Positions 36,369 through 49,177 of a stretch of 64,000 bases of DNA are shown one piece after another. Below the pieces are notes generated by a model. It had not been told where the DNA came from. It was given only the letters and a program-made list of their open reading frames with translations, and did not search any database. The translations under genes and the position numbers were made by a program. The stretch's first letter is position 1. Each line of letters begins with the position of its first letter. The DNA is taken from positions 434,001-498,000 of the forward strand of contig NW_026863691.1 in NCBI RefSeq assembly GCF_026571515.1. The letters are read 5' to 3'. Origin of the DNA: Ruditapes philippinarum. Taxonomy: Eukaryota.

Positions 36369-37819
36369 AAAAAACCTTAAAAGATACTAATAATAATTTT
36401 ATTTATTGAATGTCAAACGGGATGTTATACTTATGTTTTGATCTAAAATGTTTGTATTAGCAATACATTGTTGCAAAATCATTTGAAAACTTTTTCAGAC
36501 AATGAAATAATTAACGTAAGAATTAATTTTACGCTGCTGAATTTGTAAACTGCTGACGAAGATAACCATTTTCTATTTGCAATATTGTACATATTTAGCA
36601 GCTATATCTCTAATTCCATCTGTTATACGTTGCATGTGTTCAAAAAATTGTTTGCGTGACCAAGCTTAATGTTAAACTAATCCGTGTTCTTGAATGTAAA
36701 GCTGCCATGAATAAAGATAAAACGACCCATTTATAGACTTTGCATGTCTCTTTTGTAACTGAATGTTATTTTGATATGATACAATGCAGGTAGATTATTT
36801 TCAGCGTTTGTGCAAAAACTGGAATAACATGAATATATATTATCAAACCAAATGTTGAACCCTTTGTACAGGTTTTCAACGCATGTTTGTCTAGATGTTT
36901 AAGTTGCGATAAGGTTATCAAAACGTTTTACTTTTAAATTTCAAATAAACTCTTCACCATTATCACGTTATAAAAAATATAATGTTTTATTTAGCTAGAG
37001 CGTAGCAGATACAAATATTCTAGATTATTTCTTTAATTAGAGAGTATAACATTTCAGCCGACAAACCATTTACCTGATGAATGGTGCATTTGCTCTCTGT
37101 CAAAAATTCAACATGGGTCCTATTCTGATATAAGAACGTGCAGCTATGGTGAATGATATTATGCATTTAAACAGGCGCACAGAAGAGCTCCTTGAAGCAT
37201 ACCATCTCATAGCATTTGCCATCATGTATACTGTAGTTTTTTGTACTTTGAAATACAATTATCTGAAAGAAAAAAAAAACGTTTTAAAAATTTATTTTTT
37301 AAAACAAATATTGTTTAAGTTATATTTTAACTGGTAACTGATACCAAGGTTCCAATTGTCAAAATGGTAAAGTCTTGATCTGTGCTTTGTTCGAATCATA
37401 CTTAAGTCACGACCATATTACATTATATAACACCAGAACTGGTTACTCGTTGGCGAAGAAAGTTTTAAAAAAGTCCCAAACTTTTCAATTGAGCTTAGAT
37501 AAAAATATTTAAACCATGAACATGCAGACCATAGGCGCATCTCTTATTTATGTGTTCTTGCGTTAGACCCTACATATTGCATATATATCGTGACATGGCT
37601 CAAGAATTTCTCGGAGAGAAGAAGAATGAACGGTTGTGACAGGCGCTTAAGCCACCTCATTAAAAATTGTCAGCTAAGAAAAACATATAGGTCACTGGTC
37701 TCGTTATTTTTGAACATATGTCCCTTTCTACATGTTTCAGAAAGCAACAATCTGTGTCTTTTTAATATTCAAAAAGTAAAACAAAACGCTGCTTATCTGT
37801 TGACCTTTCTTGTTGACAG

Positions 37820-38715
37820 TTAAGGTGTTAGGTCCCAAATCAAGAATTTAAGTACTTTTTATGAAGACAAAGGTAAATTTAAACTAGCTTAGACAACTAT
37901 TTAAAACTTTGGATGATTTAAGATAATCATAGCTGAAACAGATTGATGAAAACAAATTTCGAGGTCATAATCCTACAGTCTGAGTTATCTACCCCTGAAA
38001 GTTGGTTTTTAGACTCTTTCAAAAACAGGTAACAGTGACAAGCAACACTGAAATTTATTTCAAATCTGTGTTTATTACATTATTCCCTGTCATGATTCAT
38101 AGTTTGCTAAAAAAATCTATGCAAATGATTATTATGAATTATACCAAATTTTAGACATTTTCTACCAGTTATGCCCCTTTTTGAAGATTAGTTCAGTATG
38201 TCTTTTATAGTGAAGCATTGCAAAATGTCTTTTGGCTAGAATTGTATTATTTTTTTCAAAATGCCATAATTGCTAGTAACGTTAATATTAAATAACCAAA
38301 CAGAATTTGAAATATTTTATAAGATATTGATCTGCTTGATTTTGAGCACGGATTTATGTAATATAAATCCGTGATTTTGAGTTATCTGCTCCTGAAAATT
38401 ATCTCGGTCAAAAACTCATTATCATTGGCAGAAAACTCAAAAAGAAGGATGGTGGCACCCATTTATTGTTCACCAAGATTTTCTTTTATGCAAAATGTAA
38501 TAAAAATTCTATGCGCTAGTTTTTTCCTCTTTTTTTTGCACTGTTCCTGGAAATGTGCTTTATAAAGTAACATCTGTCCAAACATTTATTTTACTGCATA
38601 TATACACGGTGACATATGTTAATCGTAGGCTTTAAATACACAATTAAAGCCGTGGTGAATCTTACTTAAGCTCCGCTTGACAGATTTTAATTAAGTATGG
38701 GGGCCTAACTGCCTC
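37820..38715. mobile_element. Putative non-autonomous DNA transposon (Kolobok-like, TTAA-GG terminus)
   Basis: The left end ttaaggtgttaggtcccaaat..aatt is imperfectly mirrored by aattaagtatggggcctaactgcct. The right TSD is not intact. Confidence 0.45.
38347..38373. mobile_element. 27-bp palindromic micro-element with 8-bp target-site duplication (copy 2)
   Basis: cacggatttatgtaatataaatccgtg is flanked on both sides by attttgag. Confidence 0.75.
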
Positions 38716-38759
38716 TGATACATCGCGCCATTTGCATTTTTCTTACCTCCCTTTATGTT

Positions 38760-38853
38760 GAGAGCCACGCCCATGTCATTGCGGAAGTGAACGTCTTGCG
38801 TGACAGGTGAAAAACAGCATCACTGTTCATTTGATCGTCAAGGATAAACACAG
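38760..38853 (+). promoter_or_regulatory. Probable promoter and non-coding first exon of the gelsolin-like gene
   Basis: GC box CCACGCCC (~38765), ETS site CGGAAGTG (~38782), then donor CAG|gtaaac at 38853/38854. A second candidate UTR exon is 46570-46628 (ttttcag|...aag|gtaaga). The link to gelsolin is inferred. Confidence 0.5.
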
Positions 38854-40169
38854 GTAAACATTCTATATTTGTTAACAAATAGTGAGTTTTTTTCAGTTAA
38901 TTAATAGATGACGCAGATGACATCATGTGTTATTTGCTCTTTTACATAGATCGATTCATATAATAAATTACAGACAGCAATGTTACTTGCTGCATATCAG
39001 CTTATTTTACATATTTCTTATGTACCTAATACCTTGGAAGACGTAAAAGTCCTTCCAGGTTGTTTTTCAGCTAATGCGTAGATATTGTATAAGTTGACTT
39101 AAACTCTGGTGCAAAATATAAAAAAAAAATTGTAAAACAAATAAAAAAGACAAATGATGCTGAATCAAAGATTGATACAAAGATAATGATTTAAATGGTT
39201 AACTGAATGAAAATTTAATTTTATATGCAGTAAAATATCTTCAACATTACTCTGTGCAGTATTCATCAGTTTTTCCACCATGATTGTAATTATTTGTATT
39301 TATTCAGTTACTTAGGATGTTATGTTGCTTTAGGGCTTGAAAATCATTAAATGTCTTGTCTACAGAAATTGGGATTGTGTACACCTGTTTATTATTTTAA
39401 GAATTCACATTAATCTTATCATCAATAAATGACATAAAAACAACAGTGCATTATCTATATTACATTTCACAAGTATTCTACATGTTTTATGTTAATTAAG
39501 TCTTATAATATGTACAGCGTGATAAGCAAATGGTTTATATTTAATGAATCACTGATAATGTATCTAAATGCAGAGATAGTATTATCAGTAGATCTCTTTT
39601 TTCTTCATTTTTTTTTTTCGTTGTTGACAATTTACAAGTTTAAATTAAAATATGTGTATGATTTATTTCATTATATTTTTTGTATAAGTTTCTATATAAA
39701 TAACACAGGGAAATGATGGTTTAAGGTTAAGATCACACACTTCCATGTATGATGCAACCTAATTTTTTGTGATATTTATCAATTGAAAAATACTGAAAAT
39801 TGTAGATTTGTATAGGTACATGTATAATTTATGCATCAGGGAACTTTTTTTTATTTATTGATGTGTAAATTCAAGGGTACGAAATCAAAAAGGAGAAGAA
39901 ATTTCATCTTGTACTTCAATTGAAGGACTATTGATTTTTAAACTTGTATCAGTTTAACACTAAATGTTGTGAAGGCAGGTTATCAGAAGGTCAACTGTTA
40001 TATCAAGATTTTTTTAAGTTTATGTAAGGTAATGAAAACCTATTCCTCATATCAGTACAGATTTGAGCCAGCCTAGCAATTGCACCAGACTTAGTACTGC
40101 AGACACTGCTTATTTATCTGATATTTGTATTTTTTATTTTGTTGGGGGTGGGGATGGCTTGAGGGAGGG

Positions 40170-40305
40170 GGTTTAAGTCAACACAATACTGTTTTTTGGC
40201 TGACTTGGTGGAGGAAGACCTCAGCTGCCTATCCATGTATTATTTCTTGCACAAGCTGGCACCTGAGGAAAAAACACTGAGGTTTCTTAAGCTAGCTGGA
40301 AAGCT
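40170..40305 (-). mobile_element. SINE fragment (same family as 20461)
   Basis: Reverse-complement core ggtggaggaagacctcag...gcacctgag...ctagctgga.agct. Confidence 0.55.
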
Positions 40306-42574
40306 TTGTCATTATTATAAAAATGCCTTAAGGCTTAACATTTTCAAATTTATATGATAACAAATACATTTCACACATGCAATTGGTAAAAGTTACATAT
40401 AATCTCAACCCGAAATGATTCTGTATGTTAAATAAAGCTACATCGATTAGCATAATATTACAATGCAAAAGTGTGTGTAATGTTTCTCTCAAATTATCAT
40501 CCATAACTGCTTGAATAAACATACAGTAAAAACATAAAAAGTAACATAAAATATGTATGTTTATTGAAGCAATATTATATATTTTGTTTACTGCCATGTT
40601 TATTTATATACGATGTTATATACATGGTTGTAAACAAAATATATTGCATAAATTAAAAATCTCCCACGTAAATATTTTTTTCCATATTAAGCTCGGTTTT
40701 ACATGAATGATTCATTCTTATGATATGAACGAAGCAGACGACATCTTAAACCACTCTCGCCTACCTGTTTAATATGATATAGATTATAGATCTAAAGTGA
40801 TACCTTGACTATATCTCAAACACAAACCCTGCAGTCACATATTAAAGGGCACAGAGGACTAAAGTATAGAACGTGGACTATAGACAATAATTATGTCTTG
40901 ATCATTTTAGAACTAATTTAAATGATAAAAACTTTACCAATTGAAGCCTGGAAGGTAACAGTAAGACATTGATGAAATTAAGTATGTGTTTTTATAAACT
41001 CAGTTATTTTTATAGTTCTTCAATGCTTTTTTGTTGATCTACAACGGACGCTCAGACACTGTTAATTGAGGAAATGATAAAGGCAATGAGTATGCAACTG
41101 TCAATCATTTTTGTCTCAAGTCATTGCATGTTCTGGATATGTTAGTAGGTCTTGGGTGTGTTCCTTAGATATACTTCTTCCTTTCATGAAGTGGTTAAAA
41201 GTCCCTTCACGAATTGATTCATTTCCACACTGATAAATTTCATATGATTTACTGTCATTGTGATCTTTACCATTCAACCAAACTGGTTGACAGATCTTTA
41301 AATAATGAAATAAGACTTGTGATAATATAGGACACATTATCATCTTTCACCTATACCAGATTTTTTTATTTGACAAGTTATCCTTGTGGTTACAGGTTTA
41401 TAAGATATTTTGTAGGAGTTTGACAAGACCTGAAGGTAGATTTATTATTTTACAATCAATTTATAGTGAAATTTGGGTGTTTTTTCTACATATTTGGAGT
41501 TTGTTGCTTTCTTAATAAAAAAAGTTATTTAGTTGTGAGTGAGTATATTACATATTTTATGAGATTCATTTGTTTAGTTATCTAAAGGATACATTTATTG
41601 TTGCATAAATGAAAACTGCTTAAAAGATTTATGGTACATACATAATGTATGATATATATATACATATACTATTACATACCATTGCATGCATAAGAATGTG
41701 GTTAAATATGAATTTCGAAAGAATGTTGTACAAATATCTGGGTGGACTATATGAATATTTTAAAACATTATTAATGGCATCCTCTGCTTTGAAAATAGAA
41801 TAATAAAATAGTAAATCCGTAATTCATTATCAAAATGTGTATTTGATTTTTAAGCCAACAGTATAAAGCCTTTTTAAGGTTGGCACATTGGTGTGCCATC
41901 TAACCTTACTCTGTACTGGTGGAATAGGTTTGTTATTGTACTTGCAGTCATTGGTTAAAGCTTAATATTGAATTGGATTTAACTAATTACAGGATTGAAG
42001 CAGTACCTCTAGACGCAGAAATGATAGACAAATATCGTTTTGTTTTTTCGCTGATTTTTACATTTTTCATTTTTCGTATAGAAATCAATGTCAAAAGATG
42101 AATTAGACATTGTAAAGTTCATTCTGATGGGTGAAAAGTCGAGATTTTAGCATTTAATCATTCTTGAAAGTGTCTTGTCCAGTATATACTGGAATGCAGT
42201 ATTTAGTGTGGTGCTCCAACACTTTTTTAGTCTCACTCTTTTTAATTAGATATGACTAGCTTATAAGTCTGTTGATTGTTTTGTAAAATTATCTTTGGTA
42301 AATTATAAAAAGAATTTTAAAAAGTGAGAGCTTGCATTGTTTGAATAGATTTCAGCTTTTAATTCAGGTATACGGTATTTTCTGTGTGTCAGGATAGCAG
42401 GGGCAATAACTGTTTTCCATTTCTTTGGATTTATATATACCTGAGTTATGGCCTCTTTTATTTCAAATATAGTAACATCAAAAAAAGAGGGTTGCATGTT
42501 ATAGTAGCAAAACCAAGTTAACTGTGACCAGGTTTGTTAAAATTTTAGACAAAAGGGCCATAACTCTGTTCTAT

Positions 42575-42780
42575 GGCAAAGTGGTTACATGTAAGACTGC
42601 TGAATTTTAACCACTTGATACCACTTGAATGTGGGTTGGAATCCTGCTAAGGACTTTGGTTGCTATAATACAGCTAGCTAATGGATAGTTGATGGTTCCA
42701 CCCAGGTGCCAGTTTTTTTTCTGAAATAATAATTCTGGACTAACAGTTTTGCTGTAAATTGAAGCCCTAAACAAAAGAAA
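42575..42780 (+). mobile_element. Degenerate SINE (same family as 20461)
   Basis: Contains ccacttg...gtgggttggaatcctgctaaggactttgg and cagctagcta...ggttccacccaggtgcc. Confidence 0.5.
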
Positions 42781-45422
42781 GCAATGCAATGATAACTTTT
42801 AGTTTGTGCAATTTTTTACTTTAATTTGATTTGTTATGTACTGATGATTTTAAATTATGTGATGCTATAAAAGGAAAGTTCCATAAATTGAGTGCAGAAA
42901 GGGCAATCTCAGGGCTGTACCTACATCAGGAAATCACTATTATGACCATCATTTTAACCTGTTAAAACTTCTTTTTTTTATAAAATTGCTCATATTATAA
43001 ACAACCTTCAAGTCTTGTGATGCTTAGCTCATAAAGTTTTTTCATTCCAAGAGTTAAGAGCGAAACTGGTCTATCTTCTTCTGTTTCTACATATATATAA
43101 AGATGGACTGGTTTTGCTCTTAGCCCTCGAATTTCGTAAGAAAATCATTGACAATAATCTATTTAGAATTATACATAATGAGGCATAATGTATTGCATTG
43201 AAAAACAAAACTGTATTGTTGTATTGTATAAAACATGATTCATGGTTGTTCACCACACAGTTTAGTGGTATTACATTAGATGTTTGATACAAAAAAACGT
43301 CTACACTGTTACAATATACTGTTAGATTGAAATCTAACATCAGTTTACAATGTCAAATAACTTAATGGTATGTGTAACAAAGTGGTAAGTGAATTCGGAA
43401 ATTCCATTTCAAGCTTCAGAGGTTTTTAGCTACTGTTGATTTATAAATGAAGTATGAATTACACTTTTAATGTTAATTGTGTCTACTTGTTTAACAATAC
43501 TGCTTAATTGTTTTGATGTCTCTAAAAGTAGTAACATATTATGAGACCAGTTACCTCCCTTGGAATAACTTGTGTTATGATTAATGAAAAAAAGTGAATA
43601 GTAAGGACGGGTAATCATGTGACCTTTGTTGCCATAATGGATCTCTCAGCAGCTTATTGCCTTACCCTTGACTTAAAAGTTGTTTGCTATTTTTTTGTTA
43701 TATCTTTAAGAAAAGTTCTTTTGTGATAATTATCTGCCTTTGTGTAAAATTATTATAACCAGTCATTAAAGGGACTCCACTGTAGTTTACAATGTCAAAG
43801 AACCCACTTCAATAAATTTAATATTGAGCCAAAACTCTTTGAATATCCTTAGTGTATTTAAATACAAATTCATGGTGTTCTAAATGCAGTGCATTAAATT
43901 TTTATATGAACTTTATCAAAAGTTAAATATTATATCCACTTCTGACAATGATAACATTTCATTCACCTAGAAGTTTTGCTATTCAGGTAAATCTTACTGG
44001 GCGAGCAAATGATAAATCTATAAAATATAGTTTTTTCTTGTCACAAGATTTGTGGTAACATCTTGGGAAATAACCTTTTCATCAAATTAGTTACCCATGT
44101 GAATCATCCTGATGAAATCTATGTAATGTGGTATTTTGTTTTCCTAGAGTTTGGGAGAAGTCCCACAATGTGTGAATATGACCACATGCTTTATCCTATG
44201 CAATGTTGTTTGTTGGACAAGCACATATTATTGATTATAATTAATTATAATAAAAATGCTCTGGAAATTGTGGGTTTTTCCAATGTAATCCTTGGGTACA
44301 AACATTTAAGTTTATACAGTAATAACTTTGTTGATAATAAAAGCTTTGCATTTATCACTCTATCTTGAACAGTGGTTCACTGTGAAGCTACAATGGTATA
44401 GGTTTATTTGTACCCCAGAATAAGATTTGAAATAAAAACAAAAGCATCTGACAATTTTGCCGGATTATCATCAATTTGAAGGGTGTTGACGAGAAATTAT
44501 GTTCACTTTGTTCAATACAAAATTCCTTGCTATCTGTAACTAATGCAGGTCAGTTATTGACCTAATTTAAAGGTCATGTGTTAAATTAAAATGCTGTTTT
44601 TATTAATGTAACTGTTGTAGATAAGGTACAAAATAATCAAATTGCTTATTTTAGAACGTTTATGGTAATTTCTTTCTAAGACCAGACTTAAACTGTTCAT
44701 GTTTGTCTATTGTCCTTTGTTTTATGGGTGATTGAACTGGTTATACCAGTTCAGTGATGGATGACTGGTTTTGTATGAAAGTTATTTAAAGATTTCTCAG
44801 TAAACTGACCACCACTTGATTTGCTTTTGATTGGATGACACATCAAAATTTATTTCTATATAAGGTTATCTTTGAACAGTAATTTCTTCATGGAATTATA
44901 CTGATATATTGCATTCTTCATTTGTTACATTGAAATCAACTTCTTAAACAAAGCCTGGTATGTATAAATAATTATTTGTGAAATTGTTTTTATTGTAATT
45001 TGAATTGTTGCCTGTGATATATTGTATTTTGTACACATGTATAATCCTGACTATACATGTATATAACACTCAAAAGATAGATAGAATCTCAGTGTTTGTC
45101 TGTTTGACCTTACCACCTACACCACATCCGCAATGATAACTTGTTTTCTATTGATTTGAAATGATTCAAGGATCATATCGGAGTTTCAACTTAATTAATG
45201 AGATATTGATGCATTCATGATATATTAAGGATATGAGTTAATTTATAAAATAGGAAATCCTTCTTCAATTGAATGAGTGCTTCAAATATGATTAAATGCT
45301 ATAGACGGATCGTTCCAGATGTGTTATTTATTATGGTAGGATTTACGATATCAATATACTTTGGATACATTATAAATAATTTTAGCTGATTAGGGGATGT
45401 ATATATATATATATGTGTACTT

Positions 45423-45639
45423 TACAGAAAAATCACATGAAAAATCAGCATGATGGGGCCTCAGGTCTCAAACCATGAATCCGATCTGGATTGGCGGTCT
45501 AGTAAGAGTAGTATGCTAACCTTTACACCAGAGTGGCCATTAGTGGTGTAGTGGTAAGCATACTGGACTGGCAAACCAGAGACCCGTTGCTTGAGTCGCA
45601 ACTGCGACATGCCGAATTTGCGTGTGATTTTTCTGTGTA
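45423..45639. repeat. Palindromic element made of two back-to-back tRNA(Gly)-like heads
   Basis: The plus arm ggtgtagtggtaagcatactggactggcaaaccaga... and the minus arm ggtgtaaaggttagcatact..gaccgccaatccaga... diverge from a central TGGCCA (45534-45539). Both end in catgc.ga.ttt....gtgatttttctgt. Confidence 0.6.
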
Positions 45640-47488
45640 TAATTTCACGCTCTTGACTCGTTCTTTCATTTATGTGGAATATATATATAAGCTTTTAATG
45701 AATGTAACATTGGTTGATGTATACATACCAGAAGTGTACGCACTCAATAAGTAATTAACTTGATGAATAATTTACTTTATGTGTGAGAAGTCTAGATGTG
45801 AATACCACAGCCATTGGGTCATTGATTGTCTATATAATTCATCAATATTTGGCAGGTACATATTTGTAGACCAATGAATATGTCAGTCAATGCATACTCA
45901 TATACCTATATCATTTATAAATTGATATTATTAATGTGATTAGAGTGTAGAAGTGTAATTGTTAAAAAATAAGTGTACATGTATATTTTTATTTGAAACA
46001 GATTAGTGACTAAAGGTATCTAAAAGTTTTTTGTTCATAAAAATTATACAGATACATAATTTAAGTATATAATATCTATAACACATTTACTGGCATGAAA
46101 TAGTTTTGAATATTCATTCAGATTAATTGTATAAATGCTATAATGTAGTCATATACTTTCAAGTTAGTAAGTTACTTGACTGTACTATTGGTTTTCTTAC
46201 TTTGTTTTTCGATAAGTTATAGTGATTTTGTATTTCAACTTACTCAGTTTTGTTTTGCATTGAAATTTGGTTGAAAATTTTGGTCAGATAAATTATTATG
46301 AAAAACAACTGTTTTATGCAAATTTTGCATTCAACATGGTGATTTTCTATTAATAATTTATGCTTTTTATATAATTTAAAAGCTTCAGTAGTGTTGATTT
46401 ATTTTGGCAGTCATTTACTTTCTTCTTCTTCCTGTTTGTTGAAAGTATTTCCCTAAGATAACATTGTGAATAATCTTAAATCATTGGTATAAAATATATT
46501 TACTCATGTTGCAGTTTCTACACATTAATCCACTAATTTATATTCTATTATCAAACGTTTCCTTTTCAGACTCAAGTTTTGACTTAATTTTCCTTCTTCC
46601 TGTATTGTGAAGCAGACCTAAATCTAAGGTAAGATCTATTTTAAACCTTTCTATATGAAACTTTTCTAGAGCTGTCATTGATTCCTTATATCAATATCAA
46701 ACAACAATAACTTACTTTAAGTTAATTACTTGTCTGTACTTCTTTTTCATATCTGTTCAAATTCTTGAATTCAATAAAATCTTAAACATGATCTTTTCAT
46801 ATATATGTCTTATTTATAAATGCCCATTGCATGATTTTTAGCCGACAGTTTTTGTCATTGTAACTGCAATGAAATATGCTTTGCATATCTTTTGGGTGAA
46901 TTTTCTTAATTTCTAGACATTAATTATCAGTCAAAATTATCAATTTTCTAAAATTTGTATCGATTATTGATCAACAGAAAAGTATTAGCAATTACATGGA
47001 TATCAAGAAATTCTATCGATGTTGATATTAAATATACATTAACTTTTCATTGCCATGTCAGCTATATCTCTTCAGCTAGCTGAATTATGGAATTTTAAGA
47101 TACATGTACAATAATTGTATATCAGTGCCAGCAGGAGTTGTGGAACCTCACCTTTTAGTATACATGTAGATGAATGAGCTAATAATATAAAAATGCTTCT
47201 ATATCTCAGGCAATATGTTATATATTCCTTGTAATTTTGACATAGCGTGACTAATGTGTGATCTACTTAAGTCATTTTTTTATGATCTTTGTCATATAAA
47301 TTCTCATGATGGTAATATACATAACTTGGTGTTATTATATTTATCATGCAATTTGTATGTTACATAAAAAATGCTATGCTTGGATAAATTCTAAGTATGT
47401 TGAGGGTATGAAATTATATTAAATAAGCGTAGCTGAAGAAGTTTGTAACATGTTTTAAAAAAAATACTCAGTTATGTCTATTTAAAAT

Positions 47489-47665
47489 AGGAGGCCTCCA
47501 TGATCAAGAGGTTATAGCTGTTTTTTAAACCACTTGCCCCTTGAGGCTGAGGGATGTTTTATTCCAACAACTTTGAATTATTTCATGTGAGGGCTAAGCT
47601 ATTCAGCTAGCTTACAGAATATTATTGGTTTTACTCATGTGCTGCTCATGCCAGAATTAATGCAA
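47489..47665 (+). mobile_element. Degenerate SINE (same family as 20461)
   Basis: Head aggaggcctccatg, followed by the core tttcatgtgagg..aagctattcagctagcttacagaa. Confidence 0.6.
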
Positions 47666-48227
47666 GATTCTAGATATTTTAATTCTGAATAATCCTTGTA
47701 ATTTCCCACATTCTTTTGTATTTAAACATTGGTAACATATGTTTTATGACTCATACAGTTAGAATAAAATAAAGGCATTCTAACCATATTACCATACTGA
47801 ATCAAAGTTGATTAGCCAGTGTAGAGCCAGTGGTCAGTCTGTGACCTGGCTCCACACTGTTGGCTGAGTAACTTTAAATTGGTTATGGACATGTCAAAAA
47901 CTGATAGTTGGACATGGCCATTTAAGAAATCTGCCAGGTTTAGAGTTAAAAATAATATTATGGAAGTTTTTTTTTAAAACTTACTTACTGTTGAAAGAAT
48001 AATGTATGCTGCCAAAGTGTAGAACCAAGTTGTATTTACTGACTGCTGCTTATTATAAGCATTTTGATATAAGAATCCTTTGATTTGACAATCATGAATG
48101 GACTATTCCAAATTCAAAGCAAGGTCATTCCATTTCATGAATTGAAAGCGGCATCTGACTTTATTTAATAAAAAAGGTTATCTTTTTACACAATTATGAA
48201 TTATGATCGACAATTTACTTTTTTGTT

Positions 48228-48560
48228 AACCTTAGGTCAATCTTTGACCTGACATTGACTGTAAGAAAATAGTAAGTAAGTAATAAAAATAAGGATTGTC
48301 TTCTTAATTATCCACAATAATGTTTGCAAAATTACAAATCATGAAAAATTAGTAATTTGTTTACCTGAGGTTAATCTTTGACCTGACATTGACTGTAATT
48401 TTATAATATCAGTAATAAAAACAAGGTTTGTCTATGTTAACCACAATAATGATTAGTAATTTGTTTACCTAAGGTTAATCTTTGACTTGACATTGACTGT
48501 AAGAATATAATATCAGTAATAAAAACAAAGTTTGTCTATGTTAACCACAATAATGTTTGT
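48228..48560. repeat. Three-copy tandem repeat, ~110-135 bp unit
   Basis: aggt(c/t)aatctttgac(c/t)tgacattgactgtaa...taataaaaa...ccacaataatg is repeated at ~48234, ~48368 and ~48472. Confidence 0.85.
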
Positions 48561-49177
48561 CATGAATTTATCACACACTGTCACATCATTTTTGATGTTC
48601 AGTCATTGCAATACTCATAGTATTTAATCTGTTTTAAGAAAAGCCAATATTACTATATGGCCACAATGTAGCTGTGAACTTGTAGAAGAAGATATGACAT
48701 GTATGTGGGAGATCATAGGTTCAATCCCCAGCTGTGTGGTGGCGTGGCCAAGTGGTTATCCTGTTGGTCCAGCAAACTTTGGATATTTTTCCTCTGTGCT
48801 AGTTTAAATTTACCTTCTCTGCCATAGTAAAAAAGCAGCACTCCCCCCACCCCCACCCAAAAAAAAAATGTAATGGTTCTCAGAGTGTACAAAAGATGTG
48901 GATGAATTTACGTGTGTATAAGTTGCTTTAATATCAAAGTGACATGCTGTAGATGGTATAATAAATGTTTTACTTATGAAGTGCTACATTCCATGTACTA
49001 GTACATACAAAACAATTACTGCAAAAAAAGCTTTGGGCAAAACAGTAATTTAACAAAACTTACATACAGGACATAAGTAAGATTTTTCATGTTCATAAAC
49101 CTTAAAGTTACGTTAAAAAATACAATAATTTTAAATATGAATATATTTTAAAAGTTGCTTTAAATTTCTTCCAGAAA

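Noticed and set aside
45537-45610. Possible functional tRNA gene
   Set aside because: The B box/T-arm is degenerate and there is no proper acceptor stem; it is part of a palindromic repeat.
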